From IMG/VR virus record IMGVR_UViG_3300022902_000007: a stretch of 64,000 nt of DNA; one strand, 5' to 3'. Positions 28,653-38,396 of this stretch are shown here, piece by piece. The DNA comes from a virus. Within the stretch, counting starts at the first letter, position 1. Each line of letters opens with the position of its first letter. The notes under the pieces were generated by a model that was not told the DNA's origin, did no database searches, and saw only the letters and a list, made by a program, of their open reading frames with translations. A program made the position numbers and the translations under genes.

Positions 28653-29740
28653 AGTATTTCCTTCTTGGGCGGGAGGTGCGATCCGAGATAGGTCAGGTAG
28701 CTGCTATTGAAGCATGTGTTACCCTCTGCATCCTGATAAATCACGGCGAATCCTGCCACGCTATGCTTGTGTCTGATATTTGGTTTGTGTTGATAAGGCA
28801 GCCTGGTACACATTGCACCCTGTTCCATCAGGAGCTTGCCACCATTGATACCCTTGTACTGTCTGTGTGTGTGTGCACATATGATAGAATCGAAGTCTTC
28901 TGATCCGTAACGATCCTGGAAGTAGAGGCGCATTGCTTCAGCAGTGCCTCCAGGAATTCTTCCAACGAACTTGAGCGGGTGACAAAAGATCGTCTTGCCG
29001 ATTTTCACATACCAGGAGTCAAACTTTTGGTAGTGGACATTGTTGAAGTCGTGGAGTTCAACGATGTCTCCGAAGTCATCCAGCTCTTCGCCATTGGCAA
29101 TCCGAGCCAAGAGGTCTGGCCTGAAGATTTGTGAAGCCTTCTCTGGAAAGTCAGTGCGTTTCAAGGCACCGGCTGGTCTGTAGTCATGATTTCCATGAGT
29201 GAGGATAACCTGTGGAAAAGTCTCAGAGCACTCCTTGACAAGATTGAATACCTGTCTGTATTCCTTCAAGGCTGCAATCCGTTTGGCGGGGCCGAAAGAC
29301 GAGAAGATCTCTCCATCGAACAAGTCGCCATTCAAGACTACTATGTCAGCGTCGCTATGTACCTGAAGAGCTGCTTCCAGGTCTCTTACTCTACAAAATG
29401 GAAAGTGAGTATCAGATACACAGAGGATTTTTCTTGAAGGCTCGTTGTCGAGGATGCCCACACTCAGCTCAGAGATCGAGTCGGTGAACTCATCAGAGAT
29501 ATCCTGAATCTCTTGCCAGCGGTCATCATAGACACTCAGGGCTTCATGAGCAGAAGTCTCTTCTGTAATATTATCCCTCTGACACTTTTTTCTGATTGCT
29601 TCTGGGGTACGGGCGTTTCTGAAACCAGGCAGCCGTTTGCCGACCATGCGCTCGAACTGTACAGCTATTTCATTATATGTATTGGTTGAGCGAAGCATCC
29701 GCAGCATGGCTTCTTCTTCGGCAGTCCATTGATATGACAT
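28649..29740 (-). CDS. Calcineurin-like metallophosphoesterase with N-terminal Myb/HTH-like region
   Basis: 'SDTHFP', 'NGDLFD', 'GNHD', 'AHTHR'. Confidence 0.85.
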   Translation of the reverse strand: MSYQWTAEEEAMLRMLRSTNTYNEIAVQFERMVGKRLPGFRNARTPEAIRKKCQRDNITEETSAHEALSVYDDRWQEIQDISDEFTDSISELSVGILDNEPSRKILCVSDTHFPFCRVRDLEAALQVHSDADIVVLNGDLFDGEIFSSFGPAKRIAALKEYRQVFNLVKECSETFPQVILTHGNHDYRPAGALKRTDFPEKASQIFRPDLLARIANGEELDDFGDIVELHDFNNVHYQKFDSWYVKIGKTIFCHPLKFVGRIPGGTAEAMRLYFQDRYGSEDFDSIICAHTHRQYKGINGGKLLMEQGAMCTRLPYQHKPNIRHKHSVAGFAVIYQDAEGNTCFNSSYLTYLGSHLPPKKEIL

Positions 29741-29749
29741 TTGGTCTCC

Positions 29750-29962
29750 TTATAAAAGAGAATAGTCGATGTAAGTTTTTACCTCTTCAACGAGGTGACT
29801 CGTAGGCAGGTGCTCATGCACTGAGCTCTCTGACCACTCGATATATGGAGTGGCTCTTATTGCTCTGATGTGCGTCGATATCAGTCTCCAGTCCTGTTTG
29901 TTGAAGCCTCTGAGCCACCATCTGGCTCGTAGCTTGAGTCGTTCTTTAAGTGATAGTTTCAT
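29750..29962 (-). CDS. Hypothetical protein
   Basis: ATGA coupling to dnaE. Confidence 0.4.
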   Translation of the reverse strand: MKLSLKERLKLRARWWLRGFNKQDWRLISTHIRAIRATPYIEWSESSVHEHLPTSHLVEEVKTYIDYSLL

Positions 29963-31227
29963 TCAATCTTGTCTACCTCGCATATCATTATTCTTTTTGC
30001 TTTGAGTTTAACTGGGTCGCTTTCTTGATCTACGATGCCCTCGATATAGGCCAGTCTGTTTTCTTCGAGCTTTTCTTTGTCCGTGTCAGCCCAGATACTG
30101 CTGAATAGTACCACCTCTGCAGCTCCGGTGTCATCGTCTACTCCCAAGAACGCCATCTTCTTGCCCCTGCTGGTAGTGATCTCCTTGATTGACGAGATTG
30201 CTACACAGACTCTGACTCGTTGACCGAGCCATACGTCATTCAGCTTGTGGCATTCAGAGCCTATGGACTTGGACGGGTGGTTGTCAATGAAGCAGCCGAT
30301 GTAGTGTCCTTGGGCGATGATTTCTGGAAGAGTAAGTCTAACATTTCGGGCTCTTTCTATCTCAGGCTTTTCAGGCATTGCCCTTTCTCTGAGGGCGGGG
30401 AGTCGCCGAAGCTTCATCTCTTCATATGGCAGTAGGTCTTCTTCGACCTTGTCGATCTCAAGCTGAATCTCAACGCTGTTTGGGTCCTTCTTGAGTTTCC
30501 GTTCGAGTTTCTTCAGTTCTTTGCGTAGTAGGTCTCTCTCTTCTATGAGTATTGTTTTCTCTGCATTCTCTTCATCTCTCTGTTTTTTCTCTACAAGGCG
30601 TTCTTCGTATTCTGGAACGCCCTTTACGTAGTCATATAGAGCTGTCGTATTATGATAAAGAGATAGTCTGTTGTAGCCGAGATTGTCGAAGCAACCGGCC
30701 AAGACCAGCGACTGGAACTTACCAGTATTGAACTTTGATAGATTTATCCTGTTCAGCAGATCATATACGTTTTGGAACGGAGTCTTTTGACGTGCTCGGA
30801 TAATCATCTTTGCAGCGCCAACGCCGATTCCTCGAATGGCATTGAATCCAAAATAGATTTCATCATCCCGAATCAAGAAGTCATAGTGAGACTTGTTGAT
30901 TGATGGTGGGCGAATGGAAATATCCATCAGCTTTGCTTCTCGGATATAGTCAGGAGCCTTTGCTGCCCAGTCTTTTGGCTGCAACGTCTTGGAACGGATC
31001 GTCATCAAGGCGCAAAAGAACTCAATAGGATAGTGTCCTTTTAGATATGCCAGGATGTAAGACAGGTACGAGTACGGAATGGCATGCCCAAGCGCGAATA
31101 AATATGAGCTACACCCGAGGATGGCTTCCCATAGGTAATTCACTTGCTCTTGTGTCAGGCCCCCGTTCTCTATTGCATCTTTCTTGAACTTTGGTTCCAG
31201 TTTTTCCAGGTCTTTCTTTTTCTTTTT
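29959..31227 (-). CDS. dnaE: DNA polymerase III alpha, C-terminal gene, exon 2 (fingers, HhH, OB)
   Basis: 'KKKKKDLEKL', 'AYLKGHYPIEFF', 'PPSINKS', 'FGFNAIRGIG', 'GKKMAFLGVDDDTG'. Confidence 0.88.
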   Translation of the reverse strand, partial: KKKKKDLEKLEPKFKKDAIENGGLTQEQVNYLWEAILGCSSYLFALGHAIPYSYLSYILAYLKGHYPIEFFCALMTIRSKTLQPKDWAAKAPDYIREAKLMDISIRPPSINKSHYDFLIRDDEIYFGFNAIRGIGVGAAKMIIRARQKTPFQNVYDLLNRINLSKFNTGKFQSLVLAGCFDNLGYNRLSLYHNTTALYDYVKGVPEYEERLVEKKQRDEENAEKTILIEERDLLRKELKKLERKLKKDPNSVEIQLEIDKVEEDLLPYEEMKLRRLPALRERAMPEKPEIERARNVRLTLPEIIAQGHYIGCFIDNHPSKSIGSECHKLNDVWLGQRVRVCVAISSIKEITTSRGKKMAFLGVDDDTGAAEVVLFSSIWADTDKEKLEENRLAYIEGIVDQESDPVKLKAKRIMICEVDKIE

Positions 31228-31992
31228 CAGTTTTGTTATCCCATGGGCTTTTTATCCCATGGTTCTATGAGTTTGATTCCTCATAGCTCAGCATATGTTT
31301 TCACCCTCGACTGTAACGTTAGGGTGCCCCGGCCTCGTGGAAGGATTATATTCTCCGAAGAGTTTCATCTTCTATGCGTTGCCCCTGGCTTGATTGTTAT
31401 ATCAAACCTTCGGTTCAAGTTCCCATCTCAGGGTCCTTGCTTAATTCCGGGATACTCTCTCCACAGTTTCCTGTAGAGACGGGCATAAACAATCAGTTTT
31501 TCTTTTTAAATACAGTGTTGCGTCCTTATATATATGAGACAAAGCAATATCAAGTGCAGCTTTGGATGTGATCCAAAGTCGTGGTGTATACTTGTCATAT
31601 GTATAGATAGACATATTTTTGTAGGGACTCCTATCAATTCAAACCACTGATAGAGATCATCAAGAATTGGAGCGCTACTAGTAATTTGCAAAGCCGTCTT
31701 TCTTATGTGACCATCACCATCAATGAATCCTCTGATAAAATGATGGACATATTCTTGACTTATAGAGGGCATAGAAAAACTCCATGTCTTCTTTGGGACT
31801 ATTCCATAGCATCCGTTCGACGCCTGTTTGGGACTTTCCTATTATTTTTGCAATTTGTACTGTATTTAAATTTTCATCAACATGCAATTCTATGATTCTG
31901 TTGACTATTTCTTCTGAATATCGTCTACCTATACCTTCTCCGAATGGATGAATAGTGTGATGATATCAGAATATGATTGTATTTTAAAGTTC
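31228..31992 (-). ncRNA. Group I intron (765 nt) in dnaE with a homing-endonuclease remnant in the P1 loop
   Basis: Exon GGGU pairs with GCCC (31481-31484); P3 CCCGG/CCGGG; P7 GCATA/TATGC; terminal G at 31228; splicing restores 'RKAVG|KKKKKDL'. Confidence 0.88.
31428..31930 (-). pseudogene. Decayed LAGLIDADG homing endonuclease
   Basis: 'HFIRGFIDGDG'; upstream HTH fragment 'NTVQIAKIIGKSQTGVERML' in another frame; frameshifted tail '...IYKDATLYLKRK...GP*'. Confidence 0.8.
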
Positions 31993-33183
31993 ACCCACTG
32001 CTTTTCGCGCCAGATCAGTCTGTACCAAGTCCCAGCCACAAGTTTCGTTGAACAACTGCATCAGGTTTTCCTGATACACCATTACTCCACGAGTCTTCTG
32101 CCACAATTCGAGATCTCTCACGTCTTGAGGGATCAGGGCATCCGGTTCATTGTCACAATATTGTTCGTCCATGTGTGCTTTGCGTGGACCTGGACGAATC
32201 AGTCCAGTAACGTCTGAGATCTCTTGGATACTGCTTGGCTGAATACGCTTGATTAGTTCCCAGGTTACTCCCGAGGTCTCAAGCTGGAAGATACCAGACA
32301 ACAAGCCGAGGTTGATGATTCGATATGCCTTTTCATCGTAGTCTTCGATCTTGTATATGTCTATTTCTTTTCCGTGTCTTTCTTTAATTAGTCTGAGACA
32401 TTCCGAGATGACATCCAGGTTGTCAATGACCAGAAGATCCACTTTCAGAACACCATTTTCTTCTACATCTCCCATATCGAGCTGGGTCACCCAGGTCTTT
32501 TTCTTTTTTGTCTTCCCCTTCTTGTCGAGCTCTTTGACCTCTTTCAGAGCGACGGGACACCATTCTGATATCGGATAGTCTGTGAAGACCACGCCTGCTG
32601 CGTGGATGGATGATGTACTGGACATGTCCTCGAACACCTGGGCAAGCTCGTACAGCTCTTTGTATTTTTGTTCGGTGGCTATTGCTGGAGCTGCTTCGAT
32701 GACTTGTTCGAGAGTTGGCTCCTTCCCGGCATCAGGCCGAGGAATCATTTTGAGCAGTTCAGCGGTCCATGTGTCAGATTTTTCTCTGATAGAGCAGTAT
32801 CTTCTTACAATCGAGCGCGGTTTGAAGGTTCCATAGGTACCAATTTGGGCGGTGTTTTCCCTTCCCCGATGCTCAATGAGCCAGTCGATCAGTTCCATTC
32901 GTCTAAGTGGAGAGATGTCCAGGTCCACGTCTGGAGGACTTCCGTCTATCATGTCTCCCCTCGCTTTCTCAAAGTCAAACTGATCACTTAGCTCGGTGAT
33001 ATACAGAATGATGCTGTTGTGAGGATTATCGAGCTTGCCTTCATACTCTCTTTTGTTCTTTAATAGTCTCAGTACGAGATTGAGGTCTTCGCCAGAAATC
33101 TTCTCTTCTTCGAACTCCAGAAAGTCTGGGTCAGTTTGCTCGATTCTCTCGCCTTTGTAGAACCTCTTCAATTCTTCAATCAT
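31993..33183 (-). CDS. dnaE: DNA polymerase III alpha, C-terminal gene, exon 1 (catalytic palm)
   Basis: 'PPDVDLD', 'QIGTYG', 'SIHAAGVV', 'LKVDLL', 'GIFQLE', 'LIRPGP', 'TRGVMVYQE'. Confidence 0.9.
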
Positions 33184-33204
33184 TAATTTCCTCTCAGGTT
33201 AAAC

Positions 33205-33606
33205 ATGGCTGCTACTTATTATAAGGTCTTATCTTCGATTCCTTCTCTCGAAAGATCAGCAGAAATTACTGCTATTGTTCAGGGTGATCAGATAAATATC
33301 AAGGATGACATCCTGGGCCGTCCGGCCCGAGGGTTCAAGATCATACCAGATGACAGTACGGATTCTATTACTTATAGACTCAACAATCGTATCGAGATAG
33401 TCAAGAAAGGTCCCTTTCACGGGACTGTAAAGTCTGGTGCTTTTGAAAGCACTGAGGTATGGCAAACTGGCTATGGTGTTCCACAATATACTGAAACAGG
33501 GGCAGCTGTCTATGAGTCTGTAGAGGGCTTGCAGATCTCTTCCATTGAGTTTCCAACTATTGTTTTTGGTGCCGGCGGTGTAGCAATCACAATGATCGTG
33601 TGGTAG
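33205..33606 (+). CDS. Hypothetical (possible virion) protein
   Basis: First gene of a plus-strand island; beta-rich. Confidence 0.55.
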   Translation: MAATYYKVLSSIPSLERSAEITAIVQGDQINIKDDILGRPARGFKIIPDDSTDSITYRLNNRIEIVKKGPFHGTVKSGAFESTEVWQTGYGVPQYTETGAAVYESVEGLQISSIEFPTIVFGAGGVAITMIVW

Positions 33607-33613
33607 GTGAAAA

Positions 33614-34357
33614 ATGGCAGGACCTACTAAAGTTCAAGTCACCGCTGATAGCGTTGGGTTGGCTGGAGCACTTGTACCCCAGGGGGCTATCGCTGCAGCA
33701 GATGATTTCCCTACTTCTGACGAAGTCCAGACAGGCTGGTGGTATACTTGCTCGGCCAATGTGACCGACAATGATGTTACCAAAACCAATACAGGTCTCT
33801 CATTCAGGATGTATGACGAGCTCGCCTGGAACGGTAGTACTTGGGTCAACTACGGCAAGACGAGATATGCGTCAGACATAACAGCTAACACTTCTCACAG
33901 TGGTGGAGACGGCTCGGACCATGCTGATGTGGGGACAAATACTGCTCACCTCTCAGACACTGGCAATCCTCACTCTGTTTCTGAGGCAGATGTCTCTTCA
34001 GAGCGCATGATCAGAGACGCTATCGTAGTGGCTGGCAATGACACTGTGCGAACTCGTCTCTCCTTTGACAAGGCTGTCCGGATATCGAGTATAGCTGTCA
34101 TGTGCGTCACCGTAGCAACAGTCGGTACATACACTCTTGAAGCGAAACGTACATCTGATGTTCAGAATTTGCTTAGTGCAGCCAGCTATGACCTTACAGG
34201 GCTTGTCGCTGGGACATGGACTGAGATAACTCTCAATGGCACCCCGGCTAATCTTGAACTTGCAGCAAATGCTGACATGTATGTTGATTTTATTTCAAAC
34301 AACGCGGGGCTCGATGCTGCCGGTGTCTATCTGCGTGTAACTGCTACGGTTGTCTAA
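33614..34357 (+). CDS. Putative virion structural or fiber-like protein
   Basis: Ala/Thr/Gly-rich; 'GWWY...DELAWNGSTW'. Confidence 0.55.
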   Translation: MAGPTKVQVTADSVGLAGALVPQGAIAAADDFPTSDEVQTGWWYTCSANVTDNDVTKTNTGLSFRMYDELAWNGSTWVNYGKTRYASDITANTSHSGGDGSDHADVGTNTAHLSDTGNPHSVSEADVSSERMIRDAIVVAGNDTVRTRLSFDKAVRISSIAVMCVTVATVGTYTLEAKRTSDVQNLLSAASYDLTGLVAGTWTEITLNGTPANLELAANADMYVDFISNNAGLDAAGVYLRVTATVV

Positions 34358-35385
34358 TGGCTATTATAGAACTTGGTGATGCAGGCGGGTCTGACGTCAT
34401 TTGGACCATGAGTGCCAACCTCGAACAAGACGATTACACTACAGTCAGTACTACACTACAGGCTGATGGAGCTGATACCGCTCCAGATTCTTGGGCACTG
34501 GCCAAGCCGACAGGCTCTGCTTCAGTTGTTGTTGGCGCTGGTCACACTGTTACTTTTGTTCCAGACTCGCCTGGAGTATATACTCTTGCTGCCAATGTCG
34601 GCACTGAGGTAGTCGTTCGAGTGGTCAAGATTGGAATCGAGATTGAAGGTGGTGCATGGGCGGAAGTCCTCGTTGACATGGACCTCCCCACCATAGGTGG
34701 GCTTGGGACTGTCGTCTTGGACGATAGCGGAGACGCTGACTATACTGTAGGCGGAATCACTCTACACTGTTCAACTCAAACAGCGGCAGATACTTTTGAA
34801 TGCAATCCCAATGGTATCGAAGTCACCAAGACCGGCAGCCAGGGGAAGGTCCGTATCACTTTGGGGATCACTGATGATTTTGATGTTGACCCAGAGGACA
34901 TAGTCTATTTCATAGTAGAAGCTGATCCGGATACTTCGAGTGGTGCGAATGATCTAATACGCGTAGTTACTCCCACCGGTGAAGAAGTTGCCTCTGGGGC
35001 TAACTCTTTGGGATGGATTGAGGCTCACCATGCTGATGGGGCTGGCGATTGGGACATCTATGATCAGCCTGGTAGCATCGGAGTTGGTGCCAAAGCTGCC
35101 GACCTGGTTGGCGCCACTCCAGCCAGGCTTCGATTTGTATTCAAAGTAGATAGATGTACTGGCACTGCACGTCTTGATACTACTGATAGTGCGGTAGCTC
35201 GGCCATCTGATGTGACACTGAGAACTGCTTTTGAAGTTACTCAGGGTACTAACCACGTATATGGCGCTCCCCCGACGCTTTATGACTTCCAGTCAAATAG
35301 TTATCATGGTCTCATCTATATCAATGTGGAAGACACATTGTATATCACTCGCATTGCGCTTTGGCGGATAAGACCCACGGCATAG
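34357..35385 (+). CDS. Putative virion protein (Ig/PKD-like plus beta-sandwich)
   Basis: 'SWALAKPTGS..VTFVPDSPGVYTL' PKD-like; acidic, Thr/Gly-rich. Confidence 0.55.
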   Translation: MAIIELGDAGGSDVIWTMSANLEQDDYTTVSTTLQADGADTAPDSWALAKPTGSASVVVGAGHTVTFVPDSPGVYTLAANVGTEVVVRVVKIGIEIEGGAWAEVLVDMDLPTIGGLGTVVLDDSGDADYTVGGITLHCSTQTAADTFECNPNGIEVTKTGSQGKVRITLGITDDFDVDPEDIVYFIVEADPDTSSGANDLIRVVTPTGEEVASGANSLGWIEAHHADGAGDWDIYDQPGSIGVGAKAADLVGATPARLRFVFKVDRCTGTARLDTTDSAVARPSDVTLRTAFEVTQGTNHVYGAPPTLYDFQSNSYHGLIYINVEDTLYITRIALWRIRPTA

Positions 35386-35607
35386 CTACAAGCCACGGAC
35401 CATTTTCTCAAGAGGCCCCATGTGGGCCTCACTGTTTATCAGCTTCTTGTATAGCTTGATGAATTCATCTGTATAGCTTTTGATATCGTCTGTTACATGA
35501 GCAGTCATCATGAACCCGAGTGCCGCTTTGTAATCAGTCTTGGAGCACTTGATACCAGTCTTTCTGCGGAAGTAGTCATGGCTATATCTAAATTGTTCAG
35601 GTCTCAT
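35386..35607 (-). CDS. Hypothetical protein
   Basis: ATGA-coupled to the dnaE N-terminal gene. Confidence 0.5.
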   Translation of the reverse strand: MRPEQFRYSHDYFRRKTGIKCSKTDYKAALGFMMTAHVTDDIKSYTDEFIKLYKKLINSEAHMGPLEKMVRGL

Positions 35608-36920
35608 TTTAGTTTCTCCTTCATCTGTCGTGTAAAGATTAGTGGGATGGCACTACGGCCGAAGTTCAGGAAGCGTTCGAAGTATAGTCCGTATTTGATT
35701 GGATCAATTTGAGTGATGCCTGTGGCCCAACAGACAAGAGAACCTGAGCTCGAACCCCGGCCCGGACCCACGATGATCGATCTTTTATTTGCTTCTTCAA
35801 TGATCTGGGCTACTATGAGAATGTAGTCAGATACGTTCATCTTCTTCATGATATGAAGCTCGTAGTCGAGTCTGCGTCTGTACTCCACCGGCGGTATTTC
35901 TCCATTGAAGCGGTCCATTAGGCCATGTTTCGCTTGAATCTCAAGCCAGTTCCAAGCAGTCTCATCCTTCGGGAGATCCGTGTAGGACGGCAGTCTGTTC
36001 ATCCTGTCTTCATAGTAACTGTCTGAGTCAACCATGCCTGCAATCAGAACTGTATTTTCGATGGCCTCGTATGGGATGGCAGTATTCTGACAATGCTTCC
36101 ACATCCAATCATGGGAGGCAAGGTGGCAATCGAGTCCTCTAAAACTGAATCTCTTCTCAGAGCTTACTGGAGAATTTGTTTGAATGCACAGCGCCATATC
36201 GTGGAGTTTTTGATGGCTTCGTTTTGCATAGTGAACGTCGTTGGTAATGATCAGCGGAAGCCCTGTGTCTCCTGCGATTTCTATCAGTGCTGCATTCACA
36301 ATGAGTTGCTCAGTTGAGTAGAGCTCACCGTTAATTTCAGTGATGTCTTCTCTGCCAGCCCATGTGTAGTTTCCAATTTCCAATTCAATCATGAATCTAT
36401 TTGAGAATATTTCTGCATATTCTTCAATCAGTTTCTTTGCTCTTGGGATTTCGCCCGCGAGGATGAGCTGGGAGGGCTTGGAGCCCAGGCAGGCGGACGA
36501 GGCACAGAGCCCATCAGCATGGTCAGCAAGCATTCCATTATCTAAACGTGGCTTGTGGTACATACCCTCTGTCCAAGCACGAGAACTGAGTTTGTTCAGA
36601 TTCTTTAGGCCAGTGTTGTCGAGGGCTATTAGCAAGAGGTGATAGTGAAGCTTTCCAAGTTCATCTTTTTCTTTGACTGTTGCTCCATTCGGAGCCCAGT
36701 ATGCTTCGAGGCCGAGGATCGGTTTAACGCCCTCCTCGTTACAGGCCTTGAAGAACTTGTAGTTGCCTGCTACCGAGCCGTGGTCTGTTATTGCGATAGC
36801 AGTTTGGCCTCGGCTTTTGGCGATCTTTGGTAAGTCTTTTATCTTGTTGATGCCATCCAAGAGACTCATCTCGCTATGAGCATGCAGGTGGACGAAATTA
36901 CTGTTCATCTTTCCATCCAT
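35604..36920 (-). CDS. dnaE: DNA polymerase III alpha, N-terminal gene (PHP domain plus start of palm)
   Basis: 'HLHAHSEMSLLDG', 'ITDHG', 'KPILGLEAY', 'TNDVHY', 'GPGRGSSSGSLV', 'FERFLN', then stop. Confidence 0.9.
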   Translation of the reverse strand: MDGKMNSNFVHLHAHSEMSLLDGINKIKDLPKIAKSRGQTAIAITDHGSVAGNYKFFKACNEEGVKPILGLEAYWAPNGATVKEKDELGKLHYHLLLIALDNTGLKNLNKLSSRAWTEGMYHKPRLDNGMLADHADGLCASSACLGSKPSQLILAGEIPRAKKLIEEYAEIFSNRFMIELEIGNYTWAGREDITEINGELYSTEQLIVNAALIEIAGDTGLPLIITNDVHYAKRSHQKLHDMALCIQTNSPVSSEKRFSFRGLDCHLASHDWMWKHCQNTAIPYEAIENTVLIAGMVDSDSYYEDRMNRLPSYTDLPKDETAWNWLEIQAKHGLMDRFNGEIPPVEYRRRLDYELHIMKKMNVSDYILIVAQIIEEANKRSIIVGPGRGSSSGSLVCWATGITQIDPIKYGLYFERFLNFGRSAIPLIFTRQMKEKLK

Positions 36921-37089
36921 ATGGCTTTTCTATGAACAGTTTTGCGACATAAAACGATTCGTAATATCCCTCATCGAATATCTCTACACAGAGGTGACAT
37001 CCAGGGTACTGTTTACATAATTGTTTGAAATATTCAATTCCATTGCCGTCCAAAGTTAGGCTGTCAGGTTGTATCTCTATCCGCTTCAT
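36898..37089 (-). CDS. Hypothetical protein
   Basis: GGAG RBS. Confidence 0.4.
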   Translation of the reverse strand: MKRIEIQPDSLTLDGNGIEYFKQLCKQYPGCHLCVEIFDEGYYESFYVAKLFIEKPYGWKDEQ

Positions 37090-37393
37090 AATAATCTCCT
37101 TCGATCAGCCATTCGGAGCTCGACAAGATAGGTGAGACCAGGCACTTCTTACAAGAATACCCTCGGTAGGATACTCCCCAGGGGCTGCTGAAGACGCCTG
37201 CTGGAATATTCAGACAGTCAGAGCAGTAGACATACCCACAGTCTCGACATGGCCCTTGATCGGTCACTAGTTCGTAAGTGTCATCTTCATGTCTGGTCTG
37301 TATTAGCTTTCCGCATTCAGCGCAGAACAGCTCTTCTTTAATCTTCTTCTTCATCAGTGGTTTCCGTTTCTTCCAGTATTGTGAGATCGCCAA
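37064..37393 (-). CDS. Zn-finger protein
   Basis: Four CxxC motifs. Confidence 0.5.
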   Translation of the reverse strand: MAISQYWKKRKPLMKKKIKEELFCAECGKLIQTRHEDDTYELVTDQGPCRDCGYVYCSDCLNIPAGVFSSPWGVSYRGYSCKKCLVSPILSSSEWLIEGDYYEADRDTT

Positions 37394-38396
37394 TGCACTT
37401 ACTCTTCAGTTTTTCGTATTCTTCTGGGGAAGCTTCGAGATGTGCTTTCAGTCCGAGTCTTCCGCCAATACAGATTGTGAGGTCTGTCTCTGGGTCCTTG
37501 ACAGCGCTGCCAGCAAAACGGATGATGCCCTTCTGCTTTGCGCACTCAATCAGGTCGAGATATGGGTCAACGCCCCTGCCACAAACGAATTGCATTGCGG
37601 CAGTTTTTCCTTGCATCGCAAACTTGTTTTTAACCACTCTCACTTCCATTGCCAGGGTGTCGCCTGTCTTCGAGGCAGGCTTCGATTTGACTCTGAATCT
37701 GAGGGAAGCATAGTAAGGAAGCCCATTTCCGCCGGAAGTTGTCTCTGGGTTGCCGTACATCACACCGATTTTGTATCTGATTTGGTTGATAAACACAAAG
37801 AATACTCTGGAGTCTGTACAGATCTTGGACAGCTCACGAGTCGCTCTGGACATCTTCCTCGGAAGTGTAGCCACTGAGATTTCGTCGATATCTTTCTTGA
37901 CGTCTTCTTCAGTTTGGGCAGCATCGACTGAATCAAACACTACACAGCCGATATCACCTGACTTACACAGATTGATTGATAACTGGAGCGCTTGCTCAGC
38001 AGTATTCGGACGCACATAGAGAACCTTCTCAGTATCTATCCCGAACCCAGCCATAAAGTCAGTGTCGGTAGTCCTCTCCAGATCGAAGAAAGCCGCGATC
38101 CGTTCTTCTCGCTCTTCAATTAAAGCTCGTGCCGTCTCGTGCCTCTGCCAAGCAGCTATGAACTGTAAAGACAAAGAGGTCTTTCCGCCGCTGGTGGGCC
38201 CAAATATTTCAATCATTCTATCGAGGGGCAGTCCTCCTGAGCCAATGGCAGCATCCAGGGTTACGGACCCAGAAGGAAACGTTTCTGAGCTTTCAACAGC
38301 ATTGCCCATGCCATATACGAGGTCTTCATTCTTCTTCTTGAAGGCGGCCAGCACAGCGTCTGCACCTTTGAGCCCTGTTACTTTCTTGATTCCCAT
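37338..38396 (-). CDS. recA: RecA recombinase
   Basis: 'GSVTLDAAIGSGGLP', 'EIFGPTSGGKT', 'FDSV', 'FINQIRYKIGVMYGNPETTSGGNGLPYYASLR', 'VVKNK'. Confidence 0.95.
   Translation of the reverse strand: MGIKKVTGLKGADAVLAAFKKKNEDLVYGMGNAVESSETFPSGSVTLDAAIGSGGLPLDRMIEIFGPTSGGKTSLSLQFIAAWQRHETARALIEEREERIAAFFDLERTTDTDFMAGFGIDTEKVLYVRPNTAEQALQLSINLCKSGDIGCVVFDSVDAAQTEEDVKKDIDEISVATLPRKMSRATRELSKICTDSRVFFVFINQIRYKIGVMYGNPETTSGGNGLPYYASLRFRVKSKPASKTGDTLAMEVRVVKNKFAMQGKTAAMQFVCGRGVDPYLDLIECAKQKGIIRFAGSAVKDPETDLTICIGGRLGLKAHLEASPEEYEKLKSKCIGDLTILEETETTDEEED

Noticed and set aside
23294-33183. Both spliced products come to 819 aa
   Set aside because: Numerical coincidence with no plausible mechanism.
35604-35700. 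Split intein at the dnaE break
   Set aside because: No Cys/Ser-initiated intein block after FERFLN and no His-Asn-Cys/Ser before PDVDLD.
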